DNA of 64,000 nt, from positions 19,497 through 83,496 of the forward strand of contig JBHIEE010000001.1 of assembly GCA_046760445.1 (NCBI GenBank), read 5' to 3'. The position numbers were made by a program, and so were the translations under genes. Source of the DNA: Candidatus Aminicenantia bacterium (GTDB lineage: Bacteria > Acidobacteriota > Aminicenantia > JdFR-78). Every line of letters starts with the position of its first letter. Positions within the stretch are counted from its first letter, which is position 1. Below the pieces are notes generated by a model. That model was not told the origin of the DNA. It saw only the letters and a program-made list of their open reading frames with translations, and made no database searches. Shown here piece by piece: positions 1-8,585 of this stretch.

Positions 1-498
1 ATTATAAGTCACTGAATTCAGCTCCATATCTATTTCTCGAGTTATCTTTATTAATTCTTCCTCGGAAGGGGGAAAAGTAATAATTGAATTAAGGTCATCG
101 ATCGGGGCGTCAGAAAAATTATTACTTTCTGAAAAGCCGTCACCTTCTTTAAATGCTTCTAATTCCAAAGAATGAATTTCAGTGACATAGTAATCAAAAG
201 CAGACTTTAGCTCAGGATGAGCATTGATTGATAGAAAACTTGTAAGGAAAGTGTCAATACAATGATTGAAATAAATCCTGGCTTGCTCCAGGTGTCCCAG
301 GGAGTATTCGTTCAATCCTTTTTCATAAAATTTTGTAGCAGTGTCAATTATCTTATTAATTTCTTCCTTATAAATTGTTTTCTTATTTCTTTCTGATTCA
401 GAGAGAGAAAAACGAGACGAGGAGATAGTGGAAGAAGTTTGACAGGCATAACTTATTAAGAATAGAAGAAAAATTGGATAAAAATATTTTATTTTCAT
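1..498 (-). CDS. Lipoprotein-like protein, first 166 codons only (runs off the left edge). The N-region loosely resembles MltD-type lytic transglycosylases.
   Basis: Not in the supplied ORF track because it has no stop in the window. The reverse-strand ATG at 498-496 overlaps the upstream stop as ATGA (495-498). Translation starts MKIKYFYPIFLLFLISYACQTSS, a signal peptide ending in a lipobox-like YAC. The frame stays open to position 1. Confidence 0.6.
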   Translation of the reverse strand, partial: MKIKYFYPIFLLFLISYACQTSSTISSSRFSLSESERNKKTIYKEEINKIIDTATKFYEKGLNEYSLGHLEQARIYFNHCIDTFLTSFLSINAHPELKSAFDYYVTEIHSLELEAFKEGDGFSESNNFSDAPIDDLNSIITFPPSEEELIKITREIDMELNSVTYN

Positions 499-1265
499 TC
501 CCTTTTTTTCTTAATAATTGACTCGGAAGTATATTCTTTTATTAAAGATTCAACTTCTTGCTCAAGTTCAGCATCAGACTTCAGTTTTATTTTTTTTATC
601 TTCAGCGGTTCTTTTTTTTCTTTTTGGGTAAACTCAATTTCTTCTTTTTTAATCACTCTTTTTTCTTTATATTCTTGGATAAATTTCTGTTTTACCAAAG
701 GAATAACTAACCGGCCGATTTCTTTCAATGTTTCCAGGACTCCCCAGCCTTGAAGGGCTGAAGCTTCAATATATGGAGAATTTCTTGAGTTTAAAAGACT
801 ATTAAAGGTTTCTACTGGAATCAATCTTTTTAAATCTCGCTTATTGTATTGGAAAACTAGCGGTATCTGAAAGAGATCAGCCTTATATTCTAACAAGTTC
901 TCCCTTAAGTTATTGAAACTTTCGATATTAGCATCCAAAAGGGGAATCTGGGAGTCAGCAACAAAGACTATTCCGTCTACCCCTTTTAAAATAAGCTTTC
1001 TGGAGGCTTCATAAAACACCTGGCCAGGAACAGTCAGCAGCTGTAGATGAGTTTTAAAGATGTCAATTTGGCCCACTTTTACTGGAAGCAAATCAAAAAA
1101 GAACGTTCTCTGGATCTCTGTTTCTAAGCAAATTAGTTCTCCTCTCGAGGACTTATCTAATTTTTGATAAATATATTTTAAATTAGTTGTTTTCCCACTT
1201 AATCCAGGGCCATAGTAAACAATTTTAATCGCTACTTGATTAGTCACAGGATTGAAAAAAGCCAT
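495..1265 (-). CDS. mglA: MglA-family Ras-like small GTPase with a ~60-aa Lys/Glu-rich C-terminal extension
   Basis: KIVYYGPGLSGKTTNL P-loop, switch-I QRTFFFD, TVPGQVFYEASRKLILKGVDGIVFVADSQ and YNKRDL. The first ~195 aa are collinear with MglA. Confidence 0.8.
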   Translation of the reverse strand: MAFFNPVTNQVAIKIVYYGPGLSGKTTNLKYIYQKLDKSSRGELICLETEIQRTFFFDLLPVKVGQIDIFKTHLQLLTVPGQVFYEASRKLILKGVDGIVFVADSQIPLLDANIESFNNLRENLLEYKADLFQIPLVFQYNKRDLKRLIPVETFNSLLNSRNSPYIEASALQGWGVLETLKEIGRLVIPLVKQKFIQEYKEKRVIKKEEIEFTQKEKKEPLKIKKIKLKSDAELEQEVESLIKEYTSESIIKKKRE

Positions 1266-1328
1266 TTTTTACCTTTTAAGAGAAATAACATATTTATCCT
1301 TTCCTCGTCAAGTCTCTATATCAAGGAG

Positions 1329-2519
1329 TTATCTTTCCGGAGATTTACTTTCAGGAAGTATTTCCTTGAAAGCTTTTTTATATTTTTCAACAATTTTTTG
1401 CCAGGAATAGCTTTCTTTTATATATTTAAAACCATTTTCTGCTAATTTTTCTCTTATCCTTTTCTCTCTGAGAAGAAAATGTAAAGCTTGAATAAATTCT
1501 TCACAGTTTGAATAATAAAGGCCTGCATTGCTTTTAAGACAGTGCTCCATTAGTACAGGACATTTTTTTTGAACTAAGACAGGAGTTCGGCAAGCTAAAG
1601 ACTCCAAAAGAGCAATAGAAAAACTTTCCAAGCGAGAAGGATGAACAGTTACTTCAGCATTAACAATTGCTTCAAGCTTCTCGTCTTCAGAAAGAAAACC
1701 TAAATACCTTATATCCGGATCAGAGGGAAGGTTCATATTTAATTTGCCAATCAATACCAAATGGATAAAAGGATAATTTTTTTTAAACTGAAAATAGCAA
1801 TCAATTAGTTCTTGACATCCTTTTCCTTCATCAATTCGCCCAGCATAAAGAATATAAGGGAAATATAAGCCATGTTTCTTTTTAAAAGATGATTTTTCTA
1901 AAGGGGAGGGAATTCTAATCCCCTTTCCTCCAATAAGTCTGAGTTTATCCTTGATTGAAAAATTCTTTTCGACCAACTCTTTTTCTGCCTGAGTATTAAA
2001 GATAAAACCATCTGGAGTGGAGAAAACTTCTTTCATTAAGTCTAAATACAAAGGAGGTTCGTCATGAGCAAAAGGGACTAAAATCTTTCTTTTCTTGATT
2101 TTTTTTAATCCCCAATAGGTTGGATAATACAGATAGGTAAAAAAAACAACTAAATCAAAGTCTTCTTGTTCTTTCTCTAAGCTTTTTATTAAATCCGGGC
2201 ATACTGGTCCTTGAGCCTCTACCCATCTTGTTTCATCTTGATAAGTATGGGGATTAAAAAATATCCAGTCGGAGAATTTATTGAAAGTTTTTAAATTTCT
2301 TTGTTTTTTAACTTTGTATCTTTTTATGGTTACTCCCTTGAGAATAGTTATGCCTGAAGGATATCTATTTTTCCAGGTTAGATAGTCCTTAGCAGTAGTG
2401 GTATAAACACTAATCTCTTCTCCTGAAAGAGCTAAATTTTCTGCTACTTCTCGACATAATGATTCACCACCGCCTAAAATTTCTTCTCCATACCGCTGAA
2501 TGACAAAAGCAAGTTTCAT
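1329..2519 (-). CDS. Glycosyltransferase, GT4/GT1 family (type A)
   Basis: N-terminus MKLAFVIQRYGEEILGGGE and a GT-B C-terminal half (ESFSIALLESLACRTPVL). Paralogue of 4677-5849. Confidence 0.8.
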   Translation of the reverse strand: MKLAFVIQRYGEEILGGGESLCREVAENLALSGEEISVYTTTAKDYLTWKNRYPSGITILKGVTIKRYKVKKQRNLKTFNKFSDWIFFNPHTYQDETRWVEAQGPVCPDLIKSLEKEQEDFDLVVFFTYLYYPTYWGLKKIKKRKILVPFAHDEPPLYLDLMKEVFSTPDGFIFNTQAEKELVEKNFSIKDKLRLIGGKGIRIPSPLEKSSFKKKHGLYFPYILYAGRIDEGKGCQELIDCYFQFKKNYPFIHLVLIGKLNMNLPSDPDIRYLGFLSEDEKLEAIVNAEVTVHPSRLESFSIALLESLACRTPVLVQKKCPVLMEHCLKSNAGLYYSNCEEFIQALHFLLREKRIREKLAENGFKYIKESYSWQKIVEKYKKAFKEILPESKSPER

Positions 2520-2536
2520 CTTTTACTCTTTTAATT

Positions 2537-3601
2537 TCATAAGTTATTTATGTATTTTATTAGGATTCCTCTTAAATCCTGATTCTTAAATTCTTTCAAT
2601 CTTTTTCTTTGATTTGTGATTATCTTTTCCTGGAAATGAGAATTTTTTACTAAGATGTTGATTAATTCAGCAATGTAAGCGATTTCTTTAGTTTTGATTA
2701 ATATTCCAGCCCGGCCTAAGGTATAAGGAACAGCCGTTGAATTGTAAGCGATTATGGGTAAATCAAAAATCATGCTTTCAATTAATGGCAGACAAAAACC
2801 TTCGTGTTCACTTAAGGAAAGAAAAACATCTGAGACTCGGTAAAAAGCAAATAATTCCTCATCCGGGATATGTCCGGTAAATATAATTTCTTCTTCTTTT
2901 AAAAGAAACTCATCGGCTAATCTGACTAAACTATGATAATAAGTTGGAAGAGAGATTGTTTTTCCTACAGGAATAAATCTAACCAAGGGAGAGATGTATT
3001 TTTTATAATAAAAAACAACTTTTATTATTTCGTCAATTTTTTTATTAGGAACAATCCGTCCAACGAATAAAATATTTACTCGGTCATCATTAAAAAGATT
3101 ATAGATTGAAGGATTTATTGGCTTTTTATACTTGTTAAAGTCAACAAATAAAGAGAAAACTGCTGTGTTCCGATAACCAATGGCATCTAATTCTTGTTTG
3201 TTAAATTCCGAATCTGCTAAGGCTAAATCAATATAAGAGACTAAAGACTTCAATTGGTTTCTGCCTTCAATGGAGATAAAGCTCATTTCAGAACTATAGT
3301 CAATAAAGAATTCAGATGGAGTTATATTATGATAAATCATAATTTTTTTTCCAGGGATTCTTTTCACTTCTTCTGTTAAAGGCGAAGGTAGAGCGAAGTG
3401 AAAGATGACTACATCTGCTTGGGATGGGGTAGGGAACTGGGAAAATAATTCAGCTTCAGGTTTTAATTGCTCATCAATAGTTAAGGAATAAATCTGAGAA
3501 GAAAATCCGCAAGAATTTAAAATTTTTTTAATATGGAGAGCTGTATCTCCAATGGCATCTCCTTGGTGAAGAGCAGGTAAAAGTTGATCTACTCGTCTCA
3601 T
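2537..3601 (-). CDS. Glycosyltransferase, group 1 (type B)
   Basis: SEHEGFCLPLIESMIFDLPIIAY (E-x7-E type motif). Paralogue of 3610-4674. Confidence 0.75.
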   Translation of the reverse strand: MRRVDQLLPALHQGDAIGDTALHIKKILNSCGFSSQIYSLTIDEQLKPEAELFSQFPTPSQADVVIFHFALPSPLTEEVKRIPGKKIMIYHNITPSEFFIDYSSEMSFISIEGRNQLKSLVSYIDLALADSEFNKQELDAIGYRNTAVFSLFVDFNKYKKPINPSIYNLFNDDRVNILFVGRIVPNKKIDEIIKVVFYYKKYISPLVRFIPVGKTISLPTYYHSLVRLADEFLLKEEEIIFTGHIPDEELFAFYRVSDVFLSLSEHEGFCLPLIESMIFDLPIIAYNSTAVPYTLGRAGILIKTKEIAYIAELINILVKNSHFQEKIITNQRKRLKEFKNQDLRGILIKYINNL

Positions 3602-3609
3602 CTTAATTA

Positions 3610-4674
3610 CTAATCATTTATACTTTTTATATGATTGATTAAAATTTTTCTTAAATTTTCCCGGCTGTATTTTTTCAGAGCTTTTAATTGAGATTGAATT
3701 ATTTTCTGCCGGAATTTGTCATCAGTAATGATTAAGTCAATCAAAGCAGCTATTTCATCTAGATTTTTTTTATTAAGGATGATTCCTCCACTGTTCATTG
3801 TTTCTTCGACTGCTCCTGCCGTATAAGCAATAACTGGAATTTTAAGATAAAATGATTCTAAAAGAGGAACACCAAATCCTTCATGTTCGCTCAAACACAG
3901 GAAAATATCAGCTAATCGATAAAAAGCTACCAGTTCTGGAAACTCAATATGTCCTGTAAAATAGACATTATTTAATTTTAATCGATCAATTAATTCATTA
4001 AGAGTACAAAAATAGCGTTCAAATCCATTATAATCACCAGCCAAGATAAGCTGGGAATTTTTATTGTAATATTTCTGGTAGAGGTAAAAAACTTTAATCA
4101 ACTCTTCATATTTTTTATTGGGAATAAGGCGTCCGACAAAAAGAATAGTTGTTCTATCTCGGTCAAATATTTCTTTAACAATCTGATCGCCAGGAATATC
4201 AAATTTGGAAAAATTCGAAATAATGGGAAGAACACCTGTTTTGCGATATCCTGCTTGTTCTAATTCCTGACGATTAAATTCTGAATCACCCAAGGCTAAA
4301 TCCACTTTATTGATAAATGTTTTTAACTCTAATCTACCCTTGTAACATTCCTTGGCTAAAATTCGATGAGAATCTAAGAAATAATAATAAGGAGTAATGT
4401 TGTGATAAATTAATATTTTCTTTTCAGGGATGCGAAAGAAGAGTTTTGAAATAGGGGAGCCAATTGAAAAATGAAAAATTACAATATTTTCTGGAGAGCT
4501 AAATTTGCTATATTCTCGATGATGAATCATAAATTTTGCCATTTTAGGATGATAAAAGTGAGCAAAAATTTTGGACTGATAACCTTCTTCTCTCAGAATT
4601 TTTTGAATTTCTAATGCCTCATCAGATATTGCATCACCATATGATAAAGAGGTAACAAATTGATGAATTTGCAT
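3610..4674 (-). CDS. Glycosyltransferase, group 1 (type B')
   Basis: SEHEGFGVPLLESFYLKIPVIAY. Same 354-aa length and collinear with 2537-3601. Confidence 0.75.
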   Translation of the reverse strand: MQIHQFVTSLSYGDAISDEALEIQKILREEGYQSKIFAHFYHPKMAKFMIHHREYSKFSSPENIVIFHFSIGSPISKLFFRIPEKKILIYHNITPYYYFLDSHRILAKECYKGRLELKTFINKVDLALGDSEFNRQELEQAGYRKTGVLPIISNFSKFDIPGDQIVKEIFDRDRTTILFVGRLIPNKKYEELIKVFYLYQKYYNKNSQLILAGDYNGFERYFCTLNELIDRLKLNNVYFTGHIEFPELVAFYRLADIFLCLSEHEGFGVPLLESFYLKIPVIAYTAGAVEETMNSGGIILNKKNLDEIAALIDLIITDDKFRQKIIQSQLKALKKYSRENLRKILINHIKSIND

Positions 4675-4676
4675 AA

Positions 4677-5849
4677 TTATTTTTTCCTTAACTGGTCAAT
4701 AATAGAAAGATATTTATTTTCAATAACATCCCAGGAGTAGTTTTCAACAAAATATTTGTTGCCATTTTTTCCCAAGCTCCTTCTTAATTTGGGAGAAGAA
4801 AGCAAAAGAGCTAAAGTTTCTCTAAATTCGTCATAGTCTTCGTAATAAAGACCTCCATTGCTTCTCAGGCACTGTCCTTTTAGCACCTCACAATTACCAT
4901 TGGTTAAGACAGGTTTATTCAAAGCCCAGGCTTCTAAGGTAACCATAGAAAGACTTTCATAAAAAGAAGACATAACCAACAATTGAGCAGCTTCAAGAGC
5001 ACCAAACTTGTCTTTCTCCTCTAAAAATCCTAAATGAATTATATTAGGATGAGAAGGGACATTTAAAACAGAAGTCCCGATCAAGACTAACTTAATAGGT
5101 GAATTTGTTTCTCGAATAAATTTAATAAAATAGTCAAAAAGCTGGAGACACCCTTTATTTTTGTCAATTCTTCCAATGTAAAGAATAAAATCGTCTTTAA
5201 TTTTGAATTTTTTTCTAAACTCCTTGCCAGAATAACTAGGAGGAATCTCGACACCGACTCCAACTATATCTCCCAAAATATTTTCATTTCGGGAAAGAGT
5301 ATTAATTATTTTCTTCTCTTCGAATGAATTATAAATAAAAGCCCTCGGTTTTCTAAAGAATTCTCTGAATATTTTCAGGTGAATTACTGGGTCATGTTCA
5401 GCAGTCGGAACTAAAATACTTTTTTCAGGAACTGAGTTTATTCCCCGATAAGAGTGGTAGTAACGATAACTGAAGAAAATAAAGTAATCATATTTCTTTT
5501 TATTCTTCTTGAGGTAACTTATTAAAGAAGGGCAGTAAGGACCTTCCTCTTTTAACCACTTTAACTCGTCCTTTTCTTTATGTTCATTATTTAAAATGAA
5601 ATCTTGAATTCTGCCGAATTTTTCTGGATGCCTTTTTTTTAAGACCTTAAATCTTTTCACCGGAATTTCATTAATAAGTTCAAATTTTTGAGGGTAGAAA
5701 TTTTTCCAGGTAATATAATCCAATGCTCGGGTGGTAAAAACTTCAATATCAAAGTGTTTTTTCAAATGTTCAGCTACCAGTCGACAGTGATACTCTGCTC
5801 CACCACTGATTTCTAACCCGTATCTTTGAACAACAAAAGCAATTCTCAT
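4677..5849 (-). CDS. Glycosyltransferase, GT4/GT1 family (type A')
   Basis: MRIAFVVQRYGLEISGGAEYHCRLVAEHL and YESLSMVTLEAWALNKPVL. Collinear with 1329-2519. Confidence 0.8.
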   Translation of the reverse strand: MRIAFVVQRYGLEISGGAEYHCRLVAEHLKKHFDIEVFTTRALDYITWKNFYPQKFELINEIPVKRFKVLKKRHPEKFGRIQDFILNNEHKEKDELKWLKEEGPYCPSLISYLKKNKKKYDYFIFFSYRYYHSYRGINSVPEKSILVPTAEHDPVIHLKIFREFFRKPRAFIYNSFEEKKIINTLSRNENILGDIVGVGVEIPPSYSGKEFRKKFKIKDDFILYIGRIDKNKGCLQLFDYFIKFIRETNSPIKLVLIGTSVLNVPSHPNIIHLGFLEEKDKFGALEAAQLLVMSSFYESLSMVTLEAWALNKPVLTNGNCEVLKGQCLRSNGGLYYEDYDEFRETLALLLSSPKLRRSLGKNGNKYFVENYSWDVIENKYLSIIDQLRKK

Positions 5850-5860
5850 GTTAGAAGTAA

Positions 5861-5912
5861 GCCTTCGCCCTGAGGCTCAGGCCGAAGGGAAGCTTGAAGC
5901 AGGAGGCAAGAA
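5861..5912. repeat. GC-rich mini-palindrome (5861-5889) followed by a gaagc stutter (5889-5912)
   Basis: gccttcgccctgaggctcaggccgaaggg is a near-perfect palindrome. gaagcttgaagcaggaggcaagaa matches the reverse strand of 53166-53189 at 22/24. Confidence 0.7.
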
Positions 5913-5939
5913 TTTTCTTCCTGATTTTGATTTTTCAAT

Positions 5940-6548
5940 CTATTCCTTACTACTTTTAAATATTGATTTTTCTAAGATTTTTTCTCTTTTTTCTAAAAAC
6001 TCTATCTTATTCTCCAGTGTTCTCATCTTATTTTTCAATCCCTCTTTTTCTACTTTTAACTTGGTCAATTCAGCGACTAAATTGTGAACTAAATTATGAA
6101 GAAGTTTTACATATTCAGCTGTTTTAGCGAGTATTTCGTTTGTTTTAATTAGTCTTTCGTTTGTTTGAGCTAATCTTTCATTGGTATCCACTACTTCCTG
6201 ATGCACAGGTAAAACTAAAGTTTTAATTAGAGGAGATAAAGGAGTCATAATCCGTAGGAGAATTCCTTTTATTCTTTTCTTTAAGGTTATTGGTTGAGGT
6301 TTTTCCTGGGTTATTTCTAATTGTTCAGGTTGAGGATGAATTTTCTTTTCTTGGTATAAATGCTGGGAATAAAAATGGTGAATATCTTGAATATCGGGTA
6401 GAGGGTAAAGTTTCATTTCTTCGATTTCTTTTATTTCTTTATTGGTGACAATGCCCTCTTTTTTCTTTTGTTCAATGCTCTTTTTTATTTTCTCCATAAT
6501 CTCCTGAACATTGATTTCATTGTCTTTAATTTCTATAAAATCTACCAT
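5940..6548 (-). CDS. Coiled-coil protein of unknown function, part of the glycosyltransferase cluster
   Basis: Charged heptad-like sequence with internal repeats TNERLAQTNERLIKTNEILAKT. Good SD (ggagaaaaaga) before the ATG. Confidence 0.6.
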   Translation of the reverse strand: MVDFIEIKDNEINVQEIMEKIKKSIEQKKKEGIVTNKEIKEIEEMKLYPLPDIQDIHHFYSQHLYQEKKIHPQPEQLEITQEKPQPITLKKRIKGILLRIMTPLSPLIKTLVLPVHQEVVDTNERLAQTNERLIKTNEILAKTAEYVKLLHNLVHNLVAELTKLKVEKEGLKNKMRTLENKIEFLEKREKILEKSIFKSSKE

Positions 6549-6594
6549 TCTTTTTCTCCTTTGCTCACCATGAGCTCTTTTTTGTTGTTGAATA

Positions 6595-6623
6595 ATTTTA
6601 TAAATTTGAGATTAATTTGTCAA
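6595..6623 (-). promoter_or_regulatory. Sigma70-type promoter, TTGACA-17-TAAAAT
   Basis: The reverse strand reads ttgacaaattaatctcaaatttataaaat, about 45 nt upstream of the 6548 start. A second TTGACA lies at 6630-6635. Confidence 0.55.
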
Positions 6624-6631
6624 TTTTGTTG

Positions 6632-8581
6632 TCAATTTTGAATATAACCTAAGGCTTTTAGCTGTTTTTTTAATTCGTTTTCAATAGTCATTTTTTGGGG
6701 GCGGCCTTTTTTAGTTGAGACATAAACATTGTTTAATTTTTTAAGCAGTTTTTCAATTATTTCTTTTTTTTCAAAAGCAAGATTTTTTTGTTCCCCAGGG
6801 TCTTTGGTAAGATTATAAAGTTCAAGGTGAGGAATAGGAGAGGGAGAAAAAGAATAAAAAGACAAGTCTTGAGGAGGATAATTTTCATTAAAAATCAATT
6901 TGTATCGGCCGTCATTGATGGATATTTTTTTAGGGTTATGGAGATTTATAATATTTCGAGCGACATCGCTTATAAACACCCTATCTCCTTTTTCCTTACC
7001 GGATAATAAGTTGATTAAACTCTTTCCGTCAAACTCTTTCTCAGAATAATCTATTTTCATTTCCTCTAACACGGTAGGCATAATGTCTATGAGGCGGGTG
7101 ATATCTTTAATTTTTTTTCCTTTAAATTTAGATTGGGGAAACTTAATAATTAGTGGAACCCTAATTGACTCAGAATAAAGACTATGGCCATGAGTCCACC
7201 CTCCATGGTCGTAGAATTCTTCTCCGTGATCACTGGTAAAAATAATCATTGTCTGATGATAAAGTTTCAACCTTTTAAGTTCATTAATTAGGGGTTTAAT
7301 TAAACACTCATCAGTATATCTAATCTCTCCATCGTAAAGATCAATTATATTCTGTCTTTCCTCAGCTGAGAGAGGCTTAAATATACCAGCGTTTCCTCCT
7401 AACACTCCTTTTAAATTGATATACCTCCGTTTAGCCTTTTCGTTTAAAAACATCAAGTTAAAAGGATAGGGAGAGAAATAAGGGTCATGGGGCTGATAGG
7501 TATGTAGAAAAAGGAAGAATTTCTTATCTTTGTTTTTATTTAGCCAGGATGAAGCAGCTTTAAAAACGCGTTCAGCCGAGTCACGATGAAAAACTCCGCC
7601 CACATTTTCATTATAGTTATCAAAACCCTTAGAAAATCCATAAATACCGCTTATAAATCCACCCCCAGTATAAGCAGAGCAAAAATAGTTATTCTCTCTT
7701 AGAATATCAGCCAAAGTGATTATTGATGGAGACAATTTCTGATTTTTATAATAAACTTTATGATTAATTGTATTTAGAGAGGTCATCATAGAGAGATGTG
7801 AAGGAAGTGTCCAGGGAGATGAAGCAAAAGTCTTGGTAAAAAGAACACTATCTTTAGCCAATAAATCTATATTTGGGCTTGTTTTTCTTTGGTATCCATA
7901 ACAGCCTAAATGATCAGCTCTTAAAGTATCAATAGAGATAAGAATAAGGTTTTTGTTTTCTTTTCGTGGTTGGTAAATTACTGGGTTAAACCAGAAAGAT
8001 TGAACTTTTTTAGTTCCTTTTGTGAGTAAATAAAGATGAACTTTTTTCCCTTTTAAATAAGATAAGTCAATTTTTCTAAGAGGAAATATTTTGTTTTCTT
8101 TAGTAGTAATAGTTTTTTTAAATAAATAATTTGTTTTGTTTTTCTCAACAAGAATAATTTCAAATTCTACCTGACTGAAGTAAGTTTGTTTGGAGGAAGT
8201 TAGCACTCCATATCCAAATTCTAAGATTCCATTTTTGGGCAGCTTCACTTCAAATTTAAATAGACTTTTCGGTGGAGCAAATAAAGTGTTCAGTTCTGTC
8301 CCACCTATTTTTAATTTTCTTTTAATTAAAAATGGATTTCCAGTCTTGCTTGAAGCTTCAATTAATGGCCTGCTGGATAACACTTCCCTTAGGTAGGTGG
8401 TTTTTACATTTAAAGTTTTCAAAGGACTGTGAATAACATTTTCTTTGCTTAACTGGTCGATCAGTCGAAAGACTGTGAATTTTTCAGAAGAAATGCGGAA
8501 GCAACAGGTAAAATTTATAGTAAGCCAGCCTAAAACAACTGAAATGATCGTTAACCTTAGTTTAGTGTTTTTTAAACTCAT
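6632..8581 (-). CDS. Membrane-anchored sulfatase-like (alkaline-phosphatase superfamily) hydrolase/transferase
   Basis: ILISIDTLRADHLGCYGY, SDHGEEFYDHGGWTHGHSLY and an N-terminal TM helix. The nucleophile-position motif is TLPSH rather than C/S-x-P-x-R. Confidence 0.75.
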   Translation of the reverse strand: MSLKNTKLRLTIISVVLGWLTINFTCCFRISSEKFTVFRLIDQLSKENVIHSPLKTLNVKTTYLREVLSSRPLIEASSKTGNPFLIKRKLKIGGTELNTLFAPPKSLFKFEVKLPKNGILEFGYGVLTSSKQTYFSQVEFEIILVEKNKTNYLFKKTITTKENKIFPLRKIDLSYLKGKKVHLYLLTKGTKKVQSFWFNPVIYQPRKENKNLILISIDTLRADHLGCYGYQRKTSPNIDLLAKDSVLFTKTFASSPWTLPSHLSMMTSLNTINHKVYYKNQKLSPSIITLADILRENNYFCSAYTGGGFISGIYGFSKGFDNYNENVGGVFHRDSAERVFKAASSWLNKNKDKKFFLFLHTYQPHDPYFSPYPFNLMFLNEKAKRRYINLKGVLGGNAGIFKPLSAEERQNIIDLYDGEIRYTDECLIKPLINELKRLKLYHQTMIIFTSDHGEEFYDHGGWTHGHSLYSESIRVPLIIKFPQSKFKGKKIKDITRLIDIMPTVLEEMKIDYSEKEFDGKSLINLLSGKEKGDRVFISDVARNIINLHNPKKISINDGRYKLIFNENYPPQDLSFYSFSPSPIPHLELYNLTKDPGEQKNLAFEKKEIIEKLLKKLNNVYVSTKKGRPQKMTIENELKKQLKALGYIQN

Positions 8582-8585
8582 ATTC

